Origin: Malacoraja senta
Taxonomy: Eukaryota
Assembly (NCBI GenBank): GCA_038087875.1
Contig: JAXLNO010000137.1
Coordinates: 1-64,000, forward strand
Direction of reading: 5' to 3'
DNA length: 64,000 bases
Part shown: piece after piece, positions 24,898-37,300 of the stretch
Position numbering within the stretch: the first letter of the stretch is position 1
Layout of the letters: each line of letters begins with the position of its first letter
The notes under the pieces: model-generated
Told to the model about the DNA's origin: nothing
Databases searched by the model: none
The model's input: only the letters and a program-made list of their open reading frames with translations
Position numbers and translations under genes: made by a program

Positions 24898-25113
24898 ATC
24901 TACTGCAACAAGTGATGGCTCCCACTGATTGTCGCCGGAAGCTCGCGTCCTTTTCAGGACGGACGATGACAGCGAGGTCAACATTTGTAACGGAATGGAC
25001 ACGGAAGAAGATGATTGTATACACATCTGATTTTGTAGCTGTATTTTAGGAAGCATTATCTCTGAATTAACCTTTCTGGACCAAAATTTTAACACCTGGG
25101 AATTCCACCCAAT

Positions 25114-25380
25114 TGTTTTTTTTCCATATATAACCAAAAATAGATGTATTTAATTATTACAATATTAAACAATATATTAAAAAAAACACCTCCACAATAC
25201 AAGTCAAACAGATATTGTTAAATAACTATGTCACATTGCTTGTCAAGGATACACTCCACTCCCCGCGGTGCCCAGCAGTCCAGGAAATCCCGCCCGTGGA
25301 CAACGCTCAGTCCCTCTCTAATACCTCGCGGGCACGGACGTAACCCCGTAAAGGGGCAGGCGGCTGGCTTGGGCATGTCA
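25114..25380 (-). mobile_element. Tx1-clade LINE 3' fragment
   Basis: Minus strand ..WAPRGVECILDKQCDIVI*; homologous to 29896-30201. Confidence 0.65.
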
Positions 25381-25812
25381 CCCAGCTGGTTTGTGGGACT
25401 GGGTTGTACATCAACAGCTGGCTGGGGCCCTTCATGTCCAAACTCACCGCACTTCAAACACTGACCACAAAACAACACTTGGTGGTTCCTGGACAGGTTT
25501 GCAGTTAGAGATAGAAATCTCCTGTTTTAAACTCCCAAATATTTGTGGCGGCAGCAGCAAACACCAGCAACATGTGGCGTTTATGTTGGAATGCGATCTT
25601 GCCAAGTTGTGAAAGTGAGGGCAATAAAGCCTGTAGTACGTGGAACTAGACATGTGAAGATGATACAGACCTCCCACCCAGGTGAGGAATGAAGATTCAC
25701 ACGAAGAAAAACCACCGCCTGTCCTCGACCAATGTTTTAGTTCCAGCCATACAGCCTTGTTTATGCTAAATCCCCACTCAAACCCTGCAATAACAATTAG
25801 TCACGTCTCCTC

Positions 25813-25911
25813 CATCACTTCCGTTTTCCAGGCCCCCAGCCCCTCATCTTCACCATGGACATCCAGTCACTCTACACCTCCATCCCCCATCAGGAGGGTC
25901 TTAAAGCCCTG
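25813..25911 (+). pseudogene. Penelope-like reverse transcriptase fragment (motif A region)
   Basis: Translates HHFRFPGPQPLIFTMDIQSLYTSIPHQEGLKAL, matching the PLE RT 'D(V/I)xSLYTSIP' motif. It is followed directly by an inverted pLTR (25910-26017). Confidence 0.8.
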
Positions 25912-26440
25912 GAAAAATCGAAGGTAGACAAAAATGCTGGAGAAACTCAGCGGGTGAGGCAGCATCCATGGAGCGAAGGAATAGGTGACGTTTCAGGTCG
26001 AGACCCTTCTTTAGACTGATCCATTGGTTGAAACATTGCCTGTCCATTCTCATCACAGATTCTACAGCACTTTGCATTTTTGCTCAAGAATCCAGCCTCT
26101 GTAGTTCCTTGTGTCTGATGCAAATTACCTGTTCAGTTCCATCTGCCATCTCCTTGTTTTCCCTTATTCTTTCTCCAGACTCACCTTTTATAAGACAAAT
26201 ACTAATGTTACCACATCAAATTACCAAGTATCTAAGGCCTTTCTTATTACCTACTTTTATTTTTCTTATTTTACCTCGTGTTCAAATTTCGAATCAGTGA
26301 TATTTCAGTTTCAGTTTAATTTATTGTCACGTGTACCGAGGTACGGTGAAAAGTTTTTGTTGCGTGCTATCCAGTCAGCGGAAAGACAATACATGATTAC
26401 AATCGAGCCGTCCACAGTGTACAGATACAGGATAAGAGAA

Positions 26441-27629
26441 CCCCGGTATGGGGTTGGTATTGATGGCACTGCCCTGAGCTGGTTCATCTCCTACCTCAAA
26501 CGTAGGAGTTTCTCGACTAACATAGGCAACTCTTTCTCCTCCCCAGCTAATCTCTGCTGTGGGGGTTCCACAAGGTTCCATCCTTGGCCCCATTCTCTTC
26601 TCCCTGTATATGCTCCCCTTCGGCCAAGTCATTGAAAGGCACGGCATTTCCTTCCATTGCTACGCAGACGATACACAACTCTATCTCCCCCTGAAGCCCC
26701 AAAACCAATCAAATCTGTTTAACCTTACCCACTGCCTCGAGGATACAAAGTGTTGGATGGCCCAGAACTTCCTCCAACTAAACGAGAGTAAGTCTGAGGT
26801 CATCCTTCTCGGCCCCTCGGACTCAATCAAAATGATAGCAGGCAGCCTTGGAAGCCTTACCCCACTACTCAAACCTCCCGTCAAAAACCTTGGCGTGATA
26901 TTTGACTCGGCACTGAAATTTGACAAACAAGTCAATGCCGTGGTAAAAGCTAGCTTCTTTCAGCTTCGGACGATAGCTAAAATAAAACAAATCCTCCAGT
27001 TTGATGACCTGGAAAAGATCATCCACACATTCATGTCCTCCAGCCTAGATTACTGCAACTCCCTTTACACTGGCATCAGCCAATCTTCCCTGTCCCGCCT
27101 GCAACTGGTCCAAAACGCCGCAGCGAGACTCCTGACAGGCACCCGAAAAAGGGACCACATCACCCCGATCCTGGCCTCTCTCCACAGGCTCCCTGTGCGG
27201 TTCCGTATAAACTTCAAGATCCTCCTCCATGTCTACAAAGCCCTCAATGGGCTTGCCCCCACCTACATAAAAAGTCTTCTCACCCACCACTCCACCTCCA
27301 GGCCCCTCAGATCAGCCGACTTGGGGTTGCTGAATATCCCACGGTCTAGGCATAAGCTCAGGGGCGACCGCGCCTTTGCGGTTGCAGCCCCTAGACTGCG
27401 GAACAGCATCCCCCTTCCCATCAGAACTGCCCCCTCCATCGACTCCTTTAAGTCAAGACTAAAAACGTATCTATACTCCCAAGCCTTTCCTGACGTCCTC
27501 TGAGTGAGGGCTACATGTATATATGTATGTAGTTTGTTTGTTTATGCTATTCTTATAACAAATGTAAAGCACTTTGGTCAAAGAGAGTTGTTTTTTAAAT
27601 GTGCTATATAAATAAATGTGACTTGACTT
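26441..27629 (+). mobile_element. 5'-truncated L2-clade LINE nested in a Rex1-like 3' UTR
   Basis: AATAAA plus (GACTT)n tail. The host repeat (26305-26440 and 27630-27770) is contiguous in the copy at 59716-59990. Confidence 0.85.
26559..27503 (+). CDS. L2-type reverse transcriptase, C-terminal 314 aa (open, 5'-truncated)
   Basis: GVPQGSILGP, FHCYADDTQLY, LDYCNSL, LQLVQNAAAR, HITPILASLH.LP, GDRAF. Confidence 0.85.
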   Translation: MGVPQGSILGPILFSLYMLPFGQVIERHGISFHCYADDTQLYLPLKPQNQSNLFNLTHCLEDTKCWMAQNFLQLNESKSEVILLGPSDSIKMIAGSLGSLTPLLKPPVKNLGVIFDSALKFDKQVNAVVKASFFQLRTIAKIKQILQFDDLEKIIHTFMSSSLDYCNSLYTGISQSSLSRLQLVQNAAARLLTGTRKRDHITPILASLHRLPVRFRINFKILLHVYKALNGLAPTYIKSLLTHHSTSRPLRSADLGLLNIPRSRHKLRGDRAFAVAAPRLRNSIPLPIRTAPSIDSFKSRLKTYLYSQAFPDVL

Positions 27630-28071
27630 GAATAACGTTTAGTTCAAGGTAAAGCCAGGAAAGTCCGATCAAGGATAGTCCGAGCGTCACCGATGGGGTA
27701 GATAATAGTTCAGCACCGCTCTCTAGTTGTGGTAGGATGGTTCAGTTGCCTGATAACAGCTGGGAAGAATGTCTGTAATACTCAGTAATATTCAGTAATA
27801 CTCTGTAGTTTTTGCTGCCAAATGCCTTTGTGCAATTAAATATTTTTTCTTTAAGTTCGGTGCTATCTTTAACATTATTATTAACCACAGATGGTGGATC
27901 CTCAGAGTGGAATTTGCCTTCATCGTTGGAATGTATCTGCCTGGTGTGTTTTGAAAGATTCCATTAAACACCTGCCATTACATCTCGATCCTTCAACCTA
28001 ACGGCAGTGATAATTGTTAGTGATGTCTACATCCCTGGGTGAGTAAACGCTGGTTAAACAGCAATATTACT

Positions 28072-28387
28072 GTTTAGTTTAGAGATACAGCGCGGAAACA
28101 GGCCCTTCGGCCCACCGAGTCCACACTGACCAGCGATCACCGCGCTCTGGCACTATCCTACACACACTAGGGACAATTTTACATTTATACCAAGCCAATT
28201 AACCTACAAACCTGTATGACTTTGGGGTGTGGGAGGAAACCGAACATCTTGGAGAAAACCCACGCGGGTATCAGGGAGAACGTACAAACTCCGTACAGAC
28301 AGCACCCATAGTCGGGATCGAGCCTGGATCTCCGACGCTGCAAGCGCTGTAAGGCAGCAACTCTACCGCTGCGCCACCGTGACGCCC
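28072..28387 (-). mobile_element. V-SINE (HE1-like)
   Basis: Full-length reverse-complement copy. Confidence 0.85.
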
Positions 28388-28981
28388 TTGTTGATATGTT
28401 GGGGTAAAAGATCCAGCGTTGGTGAATTGAACATCTGTGGGCAGGGCAGCAAACTTGTAGTTTTGCTTTGTGGGATTTTGGCTACAGATACATTTGGCAG
28501 GCTATTAACTTTGCTAACTGGGTACTTGGATTAGACAGAGGCCACCCATGGATAAGAATTTCTGCAGCCGCTCTGACTGTAATTGCTTTTGGAAGGCAGA
28601 AATTACTTTAGAAATTGCTTGGAGCTCTCTCTTGGCCCTATTACTGCCCCTAATCTTGCAAATGTAGCCCTCAGTCTTTCTAATATTGTCTTCGCTACTG
28701 CTCCCTCTGTTAGTGCAGTCCCGCTAACCCATCAACTGGGGATTATCCTTCAATAAATGAGGAATGATCACAAATATTAACCCTTCAGTTAATAAAGGTT
28801 GCTTCAATGTCACCTGTTGCCGACTACAGAAAAAATAATCGATCCTTATCCAACCCGACTGATATACTCTCTTTCACTGTGCATGGACACGCTAGAGGCA
28901 GGAAACATGTTCCCGATGTTGGGGGAGTCCAGACCCAGGGGCCACATTTTAAGAATAAGGGGTAAGCCATTTAGAACGGAG

Positions 28982-29272
28982 TGGTAGAGTTGCTGCCTCA
29001 CAGCGCCAGAGACCCGGGTTCGATCCCGACTACGGGTGCTGTCTGTACGGAGTTTGTACGTTCTCCCCGTGACCTGCGTGGGTTTTCTCCGGGTGCTCCG
29101 GTTTCCTCCCACACGCCAAAGTCGTGCAGGTTTGTAGGTTAATTGGCTTGGTATAAATGTAAATTGTCCCTAGTGTGTGTGTAGGGTAGTGTTAGTGTGT
29201 GGGGATCGCTGGACGGCATGGCCTCGGTGGGCCGAAGGGCCTGTTTCCACGATGTATCTCTAAACTAAACTA
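28982..29272 (+). mobile_element. V-SINE (HE1-like)
   Basis: Near-consensus copy with (CTAAA)n tail. Confidence 0.88.
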
Positions 29273-29283
29273 TATTAAACTTT

Positions 29284-29548
29284 AAGGTAGACAAAAAAGC
29301 TGTGGAAACTCAGCGGGTGAGGCAGCATCTAGGAAGCGAAGGAATAGGCGACGTTTCGGGTCGAGACCCTTCTTCAGACTGATGGACTGAGCTATCACTC
29401 TGCATGCTACAAGGATTCTAATCTGAAGAAGCGTCTCGACCCCAAACGTCACCTATTCCTTCGCTCCATAGATGCTGCCTCACCCGCTGAGTTTCTCCAG
29501 CTTTTTTGTCTACCTTTGAATTTTCCAGCCTCTGCAGTTCTTTCTTAA
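29284..29548 (+). mobile_element. Fold-back PLE-derived element
   Basis: Short inverted arm from AAGGTAGAC, a spacer of about 40 bp, then a full arm ending GTTCTTTCTTAAA. No clear TSD. Confidence 0.7.
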
Positions 29549-29895
29549 ACAGAAACACAAGGGGAATAGATTGGGTGACTGCACTGAGCCAAGGGGTATC
29601 AAGAACTAGTGGATATTTGTTTTAGGTGAGAGGAGAAAGATTTAATAGGAACCTGAGGGGAGACTTGTTCACACAGAGGGTGGTGGGTGCATGGAACGAG
29701 CTGCCAGAGGAGGTGGTTGAGGCTGGGACTCCAACAACATTTCAAAGATAAGAAAGGTGAAGAGGGATAGGGATGGTGCGTGGGCAGGTGGGACGTCTAG
29801 ATGGGTCATTGGCACAGGTACGGGCAAAAATGATCAGGGTTGGAGTATCAGAGGGGAGGAGAGAGAGACGGAGAGAGTTCCATGGAGACACAGAC

Positions 29896-30201
29896 CCATT
29901 CGCGGTTCCAGGCAGCTGGCAGTCGACGGCCCCACAGCGGCCGGCTGCCTGCCCCTTTTCCGGGGTTACGTCCGTGCCCGCGTTGTCCCTAGAGAGGGAA
30001 CACGCGGTGTCCACGGGGACTCTGGAGGCCTTCCGCGAACGTTGGTCACCGCGGGAGGTCGAATGTATTGTTGATAAAAATGTTAATATTTTAATATGAT
30101 AACTTTGTAAAATGCCAACATAGGCATTCTTCGATCGGTTTACTACTCTGTATTTTTGTTTGTTCTAAATAAAAGCATTTTGTATGGGGGGGGGAAAAAA
30201 T
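29896..30201 (+). mobile_element. Tx1-clade LINE 3' end with 13-bp TSD
   Basis: ..CLPLFRGYVRARV/LEREHAVSTGTLEAFRERWSP..; AATAAA and A-tail; TGGAGACACAGAC at 29883-29895 and 30202-30214. Confidence 0.8.
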
Positions 30202-30999
30202 TGGAGACACAGACTTAGAATTAGAAATATATCAACAGTTTGAGAAATGTTTCGGAGATAATGATCCCATTTGGATTTCTCCCCACATCCGCGCCCGACA
30301 CAAGCGGACAGGTGGGACGTGCTGCGAGGCGCGTCCCTTATCACCCGTGGCTGTGGACTAAAATACAGATGATGTCACTCACTTGATGGTGACAACTCCT
30401 CCTGGGCAGAGGCTGGTGTCTCAGACACACACACACGGGGAGATCCCAGGGGCGTGGGGAGCATCAGGGCTGGAGGGCAGAACATTCTAGATCTTTTGTG
30501 CCTCTGCACTCTCTCCATCTCCCTCGCCTCCCTCTCTAATAACTCCCTTGGGACTCGGTGTTGAATTCTGTCTGACAGCGTGGCTGTGAAATGCTTTAGA
30601 ACGAAGTACCTGAGATGGACACAAGTAACTCAGCAGGACGGGCAGCATCTCTGGAGAGAAGGAATGGGTGACGTTTCGGGTCGAGACCCTTCTTCAGACT
30701 GGAGTCCTTGTGACTAACACAATCTTTGGTCATCTGAGGAAAGATTACTTTAAAAACAAAAAATACTCGCTGGAGTTTAGAATGATGAGGGGGGACCTCA
30801 TTGAAACTTACCGAATAGTGAAAGGCCTGGATAGAGTGGATGTGGAGAGGATGTTTCCACTAGTGGGAGAGTCTAGGACCAGAGGGCACAGCCTCAGAAT
30901 TAAAGGATGTATCTTTAGAAATGAGGAGGAATTTCTTTCATCAGAGGGTGGTGAATCTGTGGAATTTATTGCCACTGACAGCTGTGGAGGCCGTCAATA

Positions 31000-31900
31000 G
31001 GCAATAGGCAATAGACAATAGGTGCAGGAGTAGGCCAATTCGGCCCTTCGAGCCAGCACCGCCATCCACAATCAGTACCCCGTTCCTGCCTTCTCCCCAT
31101 ATCCCCTGACTCCGCTATCTAATTCTCTCTTGAAAGTTTAGAACGGAGATGAGGAAAAACTTTTTCACACAGAGAATTCCACAGATTCACAACCCTCTGT
31201 GTGAAAAAGTTTTTCCTCATCTCCGTTCTAAATGGCTTACCCCTTATTCTTAAAATGTGGCCCCTGGTTCTGGACTCCCCCAACATCGGGAACATGTTTC
31301 CTGCCTCTAGCGTGTCCAAACCCTTAATAATCTTATATGTTTCAATAAGATCCCCTCTCATCCTAAATTCCAGAGTATACAAGCCCAGCCGCTCCATTCT
31401 ATCAACATATGACAGTCCCGCCATCCCGGGAATTAACCTCGTGAACCTACTCCCTCAATAGCAAGAATGTCCTTTCTCAAATTTTGAGAGCAAAACTGCA
31501 CACAATACTCCAGATGTGGTCTCACTAGGGCCCTGTACAACTGCAGAAAACTTCTTTGCTCCTATACTCAACTCTTGTTATGAAGGCCAACATGCCATTC
31601 GCTTTCTTCACTGCCTGCTGTACCTGCATGCTTACTTTCAGTGACTGATGAACAAGGACCCCCCAGATCCTGTTGTACTTCCCCTTTTCCCAACGTGACA
31701 CCATTCAGATAATATTCTGCCTTCCTGTTTTTGCCATCAAAGTGGATGACCTCACATTTGTCCACATTAAACTGCATCTGCCATGCATCTGCCCACACAC
31801 CAAACCTGTCCAAGTCACCTTGCATCCTCATAGCATCCTCCTCACAGTTCACACTGCCACCCAGCTTTGTGTCATCTGCAAATTTGCTAATGTTACTTTT
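31000..31900 (-). mobile_element. CR1 RT/3' fragment
   Basis: SKFADDTKLGG, KCEVIHF and RGDLIETYK motifs; (CTATTG)n-type tail. Confidence 0.9.
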
Positions 31901-31963
31901 TACAATGGCAGAGATTGACAGATTCTTCATTAGTAAAGGTGTGTGGCTCGATTAAATCATGTA

Positions 31964-33258
31964 CGAGACTAAGTGGGACCCGTTGGGTCCCATGTTCACA
32001 CGGGAGGGCTGGTCCCCCAACGCAATATTCCACCTCTCCACCAATTCCAATATTGGTGGCCAGTGGGAGGGGGGGACTTTCTGGAGCGCTAGTATGGGTG
32101 TTGTGGGCTGAAGGTACTGATTTCCAGGGGGCTAGTATGAACATTGTGGGCCGAATGGATTCTTGGGCTCAAGCCACTCAAGGCTGTTGTGCTGGCAGCT
32201 CACTCACTCACGGCTGGTGGGCTGGCAGTTGACTCACGGCTATTCCTTGAAATTCCATTTCAAGCAGGGTGCAAGGCCACCAAATTGAAGTGCAGTTTCT
32301 TACCACTTCAAGCAGGGTGCAAGGCCACCAAATTCAAGCGCAGTTTCTTACCACTTCAAGCAGGGTGCAAGGCCACCAAATTCAAGTGCAGTTTCATACC
32401 ATTTCAAGCAGGGGCAAGGCCACCAAAGACAGCGAGTCGTGACCGCTCCCTCCTCCATCTTGTAGAGACTGAGCCACGCCCACACTTCTGGGTTTTATAG
32501 TCCCTCCCCCTCTCACCAGAAGGGGCATGGCCTTCATGAAGTGATTGACAGCAGAGAAAATCTCAACATTTTTAAAACACTAATTACTCTTTTATTTTTC
32601 ATCGGTGGGGAAAATCCTCGGCACCTGATGAGCGGAGGGGGACTGAGTAAGATGGCCAAACATCACAGCCGTACGTGGTAGCGTTTTTTCTAAAATCAAT
32701 ATAAAGCGCAAACAGGAAGTGGTCAAGATTAGACTTTTAATTATATAGAAGGCAAGGCAACTTTAATTCGGCAAGGCAACTTTAATTAGGCACGGCAACT
32801 TTAATTAGGCAAGGCTACTTTAATTAGGCAACACAGCTTTAGCATTTCCAAACCAAAGGCAACACAGCTTTAGCATTTCCAAACTATATTTTCAAACCAC
32901 ATTAAGGGCACTGACAGGTCAGTAAAACCACTCACAGTTTAGTAGACATGTGTTCAGTGTTATTCACAGCTCAGACTGGGAGACGTGACCCTCTCGCTCC
33001 CCCATCTTGCAGAGACTGACTGAGGCACTCAACACTTCTGGGTTTTATAGTCCCTCTAGAAGGGGCGTGGCCTTCAAGAGAGAGAATCTCAACATTTTTT
33101 AAACACTAATAACTCTTTTATTTTTCATCGATGGGAAAAATCCTCTTGTCCTCTGAGTAAGATGGCCAAAAATCACAGCCGTAAGTGGCAGCGTTTTTAC
33201 TAAAATCAATATACAGAACAACAGGAAGTGGTCAAAATCAGACTTTTAGTAATATAGA
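31964..33258 (-). mobile_element. Non-autonomous Helitron
   Basis: Minus strand starts TCTATATTACTAAAAG and ends CTCG. Hairpin TGGGACCC-(3 nt)-GGGTCCCA (31974-31992) lies 10 nt from the 3' end. It is inserted between A and T with no TSD; the empty site ATCATGTA|TTGTC is seen at 13731-13743. Confidence 0.85.
32255..32427. repeat. 48-bp tandem repeat (about 3.5 copies) inside the Helitron
   Basis: Unit CCA(T/C)TTCAAGCAGGGTGCAAGGCCACCAAATT(G/C)AAG(T/C)GCAGTTTCTTA. Confidence 0.9.
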
Positions 33259-33975
33259 TTGTCCATTTGCTAACTGGATAGCACGCGTTAAATGTTTTTC
33301 ATTGTACCTCGGAACACGTGACACTAAGCAAAACTTAACTACACTAAACTCAGCCAGGAATTTGTGTAGGAAGGAACTGCAGAAAAGGGAAAGGAAAAGG
33401 AAGATAGACACAAAAAGCTGGAGTAACTCAGCAGGACAGGCAGCATCTACGGAGAGAAGGAATGGGTGACGTTTCGGGTCGAGACCCTTCTTGAGTCACT
33501 GTGGCTAAAGGCATCTTTATTGCCACGTGTTGTCATTTCTCGAAGGTTACGATGCAAATGCGGAGGGTTCCTGTAGCCTTATTGTGAGCTTTTAATCCTC
33601 TTCTGTGTGCAGCAGGGTATCTATCCTTCAGATCTGCGCTTCAGATGTTAGCAGACAGGTGAGTAATTTATCAGATGAAGCGTGAGGAATTTAATCAAAA
33701 GATTCAGACGGACTAGATTAGATAGCCCGGCAAACATGCGGGTGATAAACCGATGTGTTCAAACTGCAACCGTGCAGAACTAGGATTTGTATCTTCAGAG
33801 AGGAATCATCCCTCGAAGAGATTTCGGGAGAACGTGGATAGCTGTCATTTTCAGGTCGGGATCTTTCTTCAGCCTGAGCTCCGACCCGAAACGTCACCTA
33901 TTCATGTTGTGCACAGATGATACCCGGACCTGCTGAGTTACTCTGGCAGTTTGGGTTTGTTTTTGTAAACCAGCA

Positions 33976-34294
33976 ATTGGTCAGGTCGGGGGGAGTTCCC
34001 ATCATCACGGGTACCATGTAATCCCGTGCTACCTGCTCCATGGTCGGATAGTCGGCGACTAAACCGTCTCCCCCACCTGGTTTGCCAGGTGAGGAGGGGG
34101 CTGTGGACCCCCAGCAGGACCAAAAACAAGACCTGTCAAAGGGTGGATGAGCTCCTAGCGAGCCAACGGCCATCCACACTTCAGTAGAAGTTGCGATCAC
34201 TGTCGTACACGGCATTGTAAGGCACCACCGTGCCCATTGATGTTTTCAACGATGATGATGATGGTGATAATGATGATGATGTTGATGTTGATGT

Positions 34295-34329
<35 letters not shown>

Positions 34330-34336
34330 TTGATGT

Positions 34337-34395
<59 letters not shown>

Positions 34396-34402
34396 TTGAT
34401 GT

Positions 34403-34485
<83 letters not shown>

Positions 34486-34515
34486 TTGATGTTGATGATG
34501 ATTTCAATGATGATG
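33976..34515 (+). mobile_element. Short non-autonomous retroelement with (GAT)n tail (possibly RTE-related)
   Basis: Splits a PLE tail (AAACCAGCA|..|AGCATCTACAG, AGCA duplicated). GC-rich hairpin-forming body with a (GAT)n 3' end. Confidence 0.55.
34251..34515. repeat. (GAT)n microsatellite with GTT interruptions
   Basis: Visible. Confidence 0.97.
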
Positions 34516-37300
34516 AGCATCTACAGTTGCTGTTTTCAACGATCACATTGAATGGCCGTGCTGGCTCGAAGGGCCAAATGGCCTACTCCTGCACCTATTG
34601 TCTATTGTCTATTGTCTATTGACAGATAGATAGATGGACGGACGGACAGACAGACGGACGGACAGACAGACGGAGGACAGGAATAGGTGATGTTTCGGGT
34701 CGAGACCCTTGTTCAGATGGACATAAACATATTCAGAAATATGTATACATATATTTATATTCAATCACATCTCCCTCTGGCCTTCCTGGGACTGTGTATG
34801 CCTCACGGAGCCGTGACTGACACGCTACAAGACCGCGCATCATTGCCACTCCGCTATTTTCCAGCAAAGCCCTTGACCAATGTTTCTATTTTGCATTAAC
34901 GGAGGAAATGGGAACAGGAAGGGCTGATAATAGTTCTGTCTAACTGTTAAGTGAGAGCTATCTTCAGGAGATCTCCAATGCCAGCTCTGATCCACAAAGA
35001 ATGCTGATGTATCCTCTTCTCGGTCTCCCAGCGGAGTTTAGATATGTGGGCCATGTTGGCTGCAGAACATGTTTCATTGCCAGCACATCGTCCTAATCTG
35101 CGCAGTACATCTTGTACTGAAAGATTGCCTACTGTATCACTCAATTGGAGCTGATGGCAGATAAACCAGGCAAGGTTCAGGATTCCAGAGATCCAAATTA
35201 TTTCCGTTAGATTGAATTCCAATCCCAAACACGGGATTAATTATCACCCCAGAAATTAAAGAGGAACTCCGAGCAGCGGTAGAGTTGCTGCCTCACAGCG
35301 CCAGAGAGGGTTCGATCCTGACTACGGGTTCTGTCTGTAGGGAGTTTGCACGTTCTCCCCGTGAACTGCGTGGGTTTTCTCCAGGTGCTCCGGTTTCCTC
35401 CCACACCCCAAAGACGTGCAGGTTTGTCGGTTATTTGGCTTTGGTAAGAAATTGTAAATTGTCCCTGGTGTGTGTAGGGTTGTGTTAGTGTGGGGGGTGA
35501 TCGATGGTCAGCGTGGACTCAGAAACTAAGCTAAGCAAATTTCACCGGTCATTCGGTCATCTGAGACCACCTCCAGTTTAAATTCCGTTTGGAATCTTTT
35601 GGAGGACCAAGAAACCAAGACAGAGACAGTGCATGTTGTGTGGTTACTGCAGGGGGTGGGAGATTGCAACCTTCACGTGGTCCATCCACGCTGTTTCGAC
35701 TGATGCAATCAATCCGGCGTGCACAAACAAATAAGATCAAATAGAACAAGTTGTCCTTTAGGCTGTGCACGCCACACACAAGAAGTTAATGCTGTAAAAA
35801 TCTGGGTTGTATACGAGGAGTTTAAATTACTCAAGCCATTTTTTATTACTTTAATTGATGGTGTTATATTTCATGACCCAGTAATTACATTGCAGGGAAT
35901 AAGGACAGTGCACTTTGGTAACAGCGTTGTGTGAAGGCCCTTCCTTATTCTCACTTTCTTTCATCGTTACGGCATGAAAGCAGGCCCTTCGGCTCCCACC
36001 ATCCATCTCCTGTTCACACTAGTTCTACATTATCCCACTTTCTCATCCACTCCCTGCACACACTAGGGAGTAATTTACAGAGGGGCCGATTAAACCAACA
36101 AACCCGCACGTCTTTGGGATAGACAATAGACAATGGGTGCAGGAGTAGGCCATTCGGCCCTTCGAGCCAGCACCGCCATTCAATGTGATCTTGGCTGATC
36201 ATCACCAATCAGTACCCCGTTCCTGCCTTCTCCCCTGACTCCGCTATCTTTAAGAGCCCTATCTAGCTCTCTCTCGAAAGCATCCAGAGAACCTGCCTCC
36301 ACCGCCCTCAGAGGCAGAGAATTCCACAGACTCACCACTCTCTGGGTGAAAAAGTGTTTCCTCGTCTCCGTTCTAAATGGCTTACCCCTTATTCTTAAAC
36401 TGTGGCCCCTGGTTCCGGACTCCCCCCAACATCGGGAACATGTTTCCTGCCTCTAGGAGGAAACCGGAGCACCCGGAGAAATCCCACGCGGTCACAGGGA
36501 GAACGTACAAACTCCATTCAGACAGCACCTGAGGTGAAGATTGAACCCGGGTCTCTGGCGCAGTAAGGCAGCAGCTCCATCTGCTGCTGTTGAGAAAGCA
36601 ACTGTTCCCGCTGGAGAAAGCTGTCCTCACGATACTGCTGAATGCAACAACATAGTTATAGAGGCTTACAGCGTGGAAACAGGCCCTTCGGCCCAACTTG
36701 ACCATGCCGACCAACATGTCCCATCTGCACTAGTCCCACCTGCCTGCGCTTGGCCCATATCCACCGAAACCTGTCCTATCCATGTACCTGTCTAAATGTT
36801 TCTTAAACGTTGCAATAGTCCCAGCCTCAACCACCTCCTCCGGCAGTTCGTTCAATACACCCACCACCCTTTGCGTGGAAAAGTTTCCCCTCAGATTCCA
36901 ATTAGGTCGTTCACCCCTTCAGGGGCGTTTAAGATGATGGGTGGATGATTTAATGGGAACCTGAGAGGTAACTTCTCAACAATATCAATGTTGTTAGTCA
37001 AGTAAAAGTCATGGCATTGGTGTGTGAGACTGTGACTGATCTTCCTGTGGCAGGGTTATGAGATTCAGTGATTCATTCAGTGCCCGGGAGGCTGAAGATG
37101 AATCGGGTAGTTCAAGGATTTAGCTCCTGCCGCAAAATCCTCAACTCCGGCTGCTGTCAGTCTAAAGGTTTGTCAATCACGCTGCGTTCCTTCACCAAGC
37201 TTCAGTGTTGTCAATTCAAAATGCAAAATACACACAGAGGGTGGTGGGATTCTGGAACCAGCTGCCAGAGGAGGTAGTTGAGGCAACAACATTTATGAGA

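Noticed and set aside
34197..34622. Poly-Asp / poly-Met / poly-Ile ORFs
   Set aside because: They come from the (GAT)n microsatellite.
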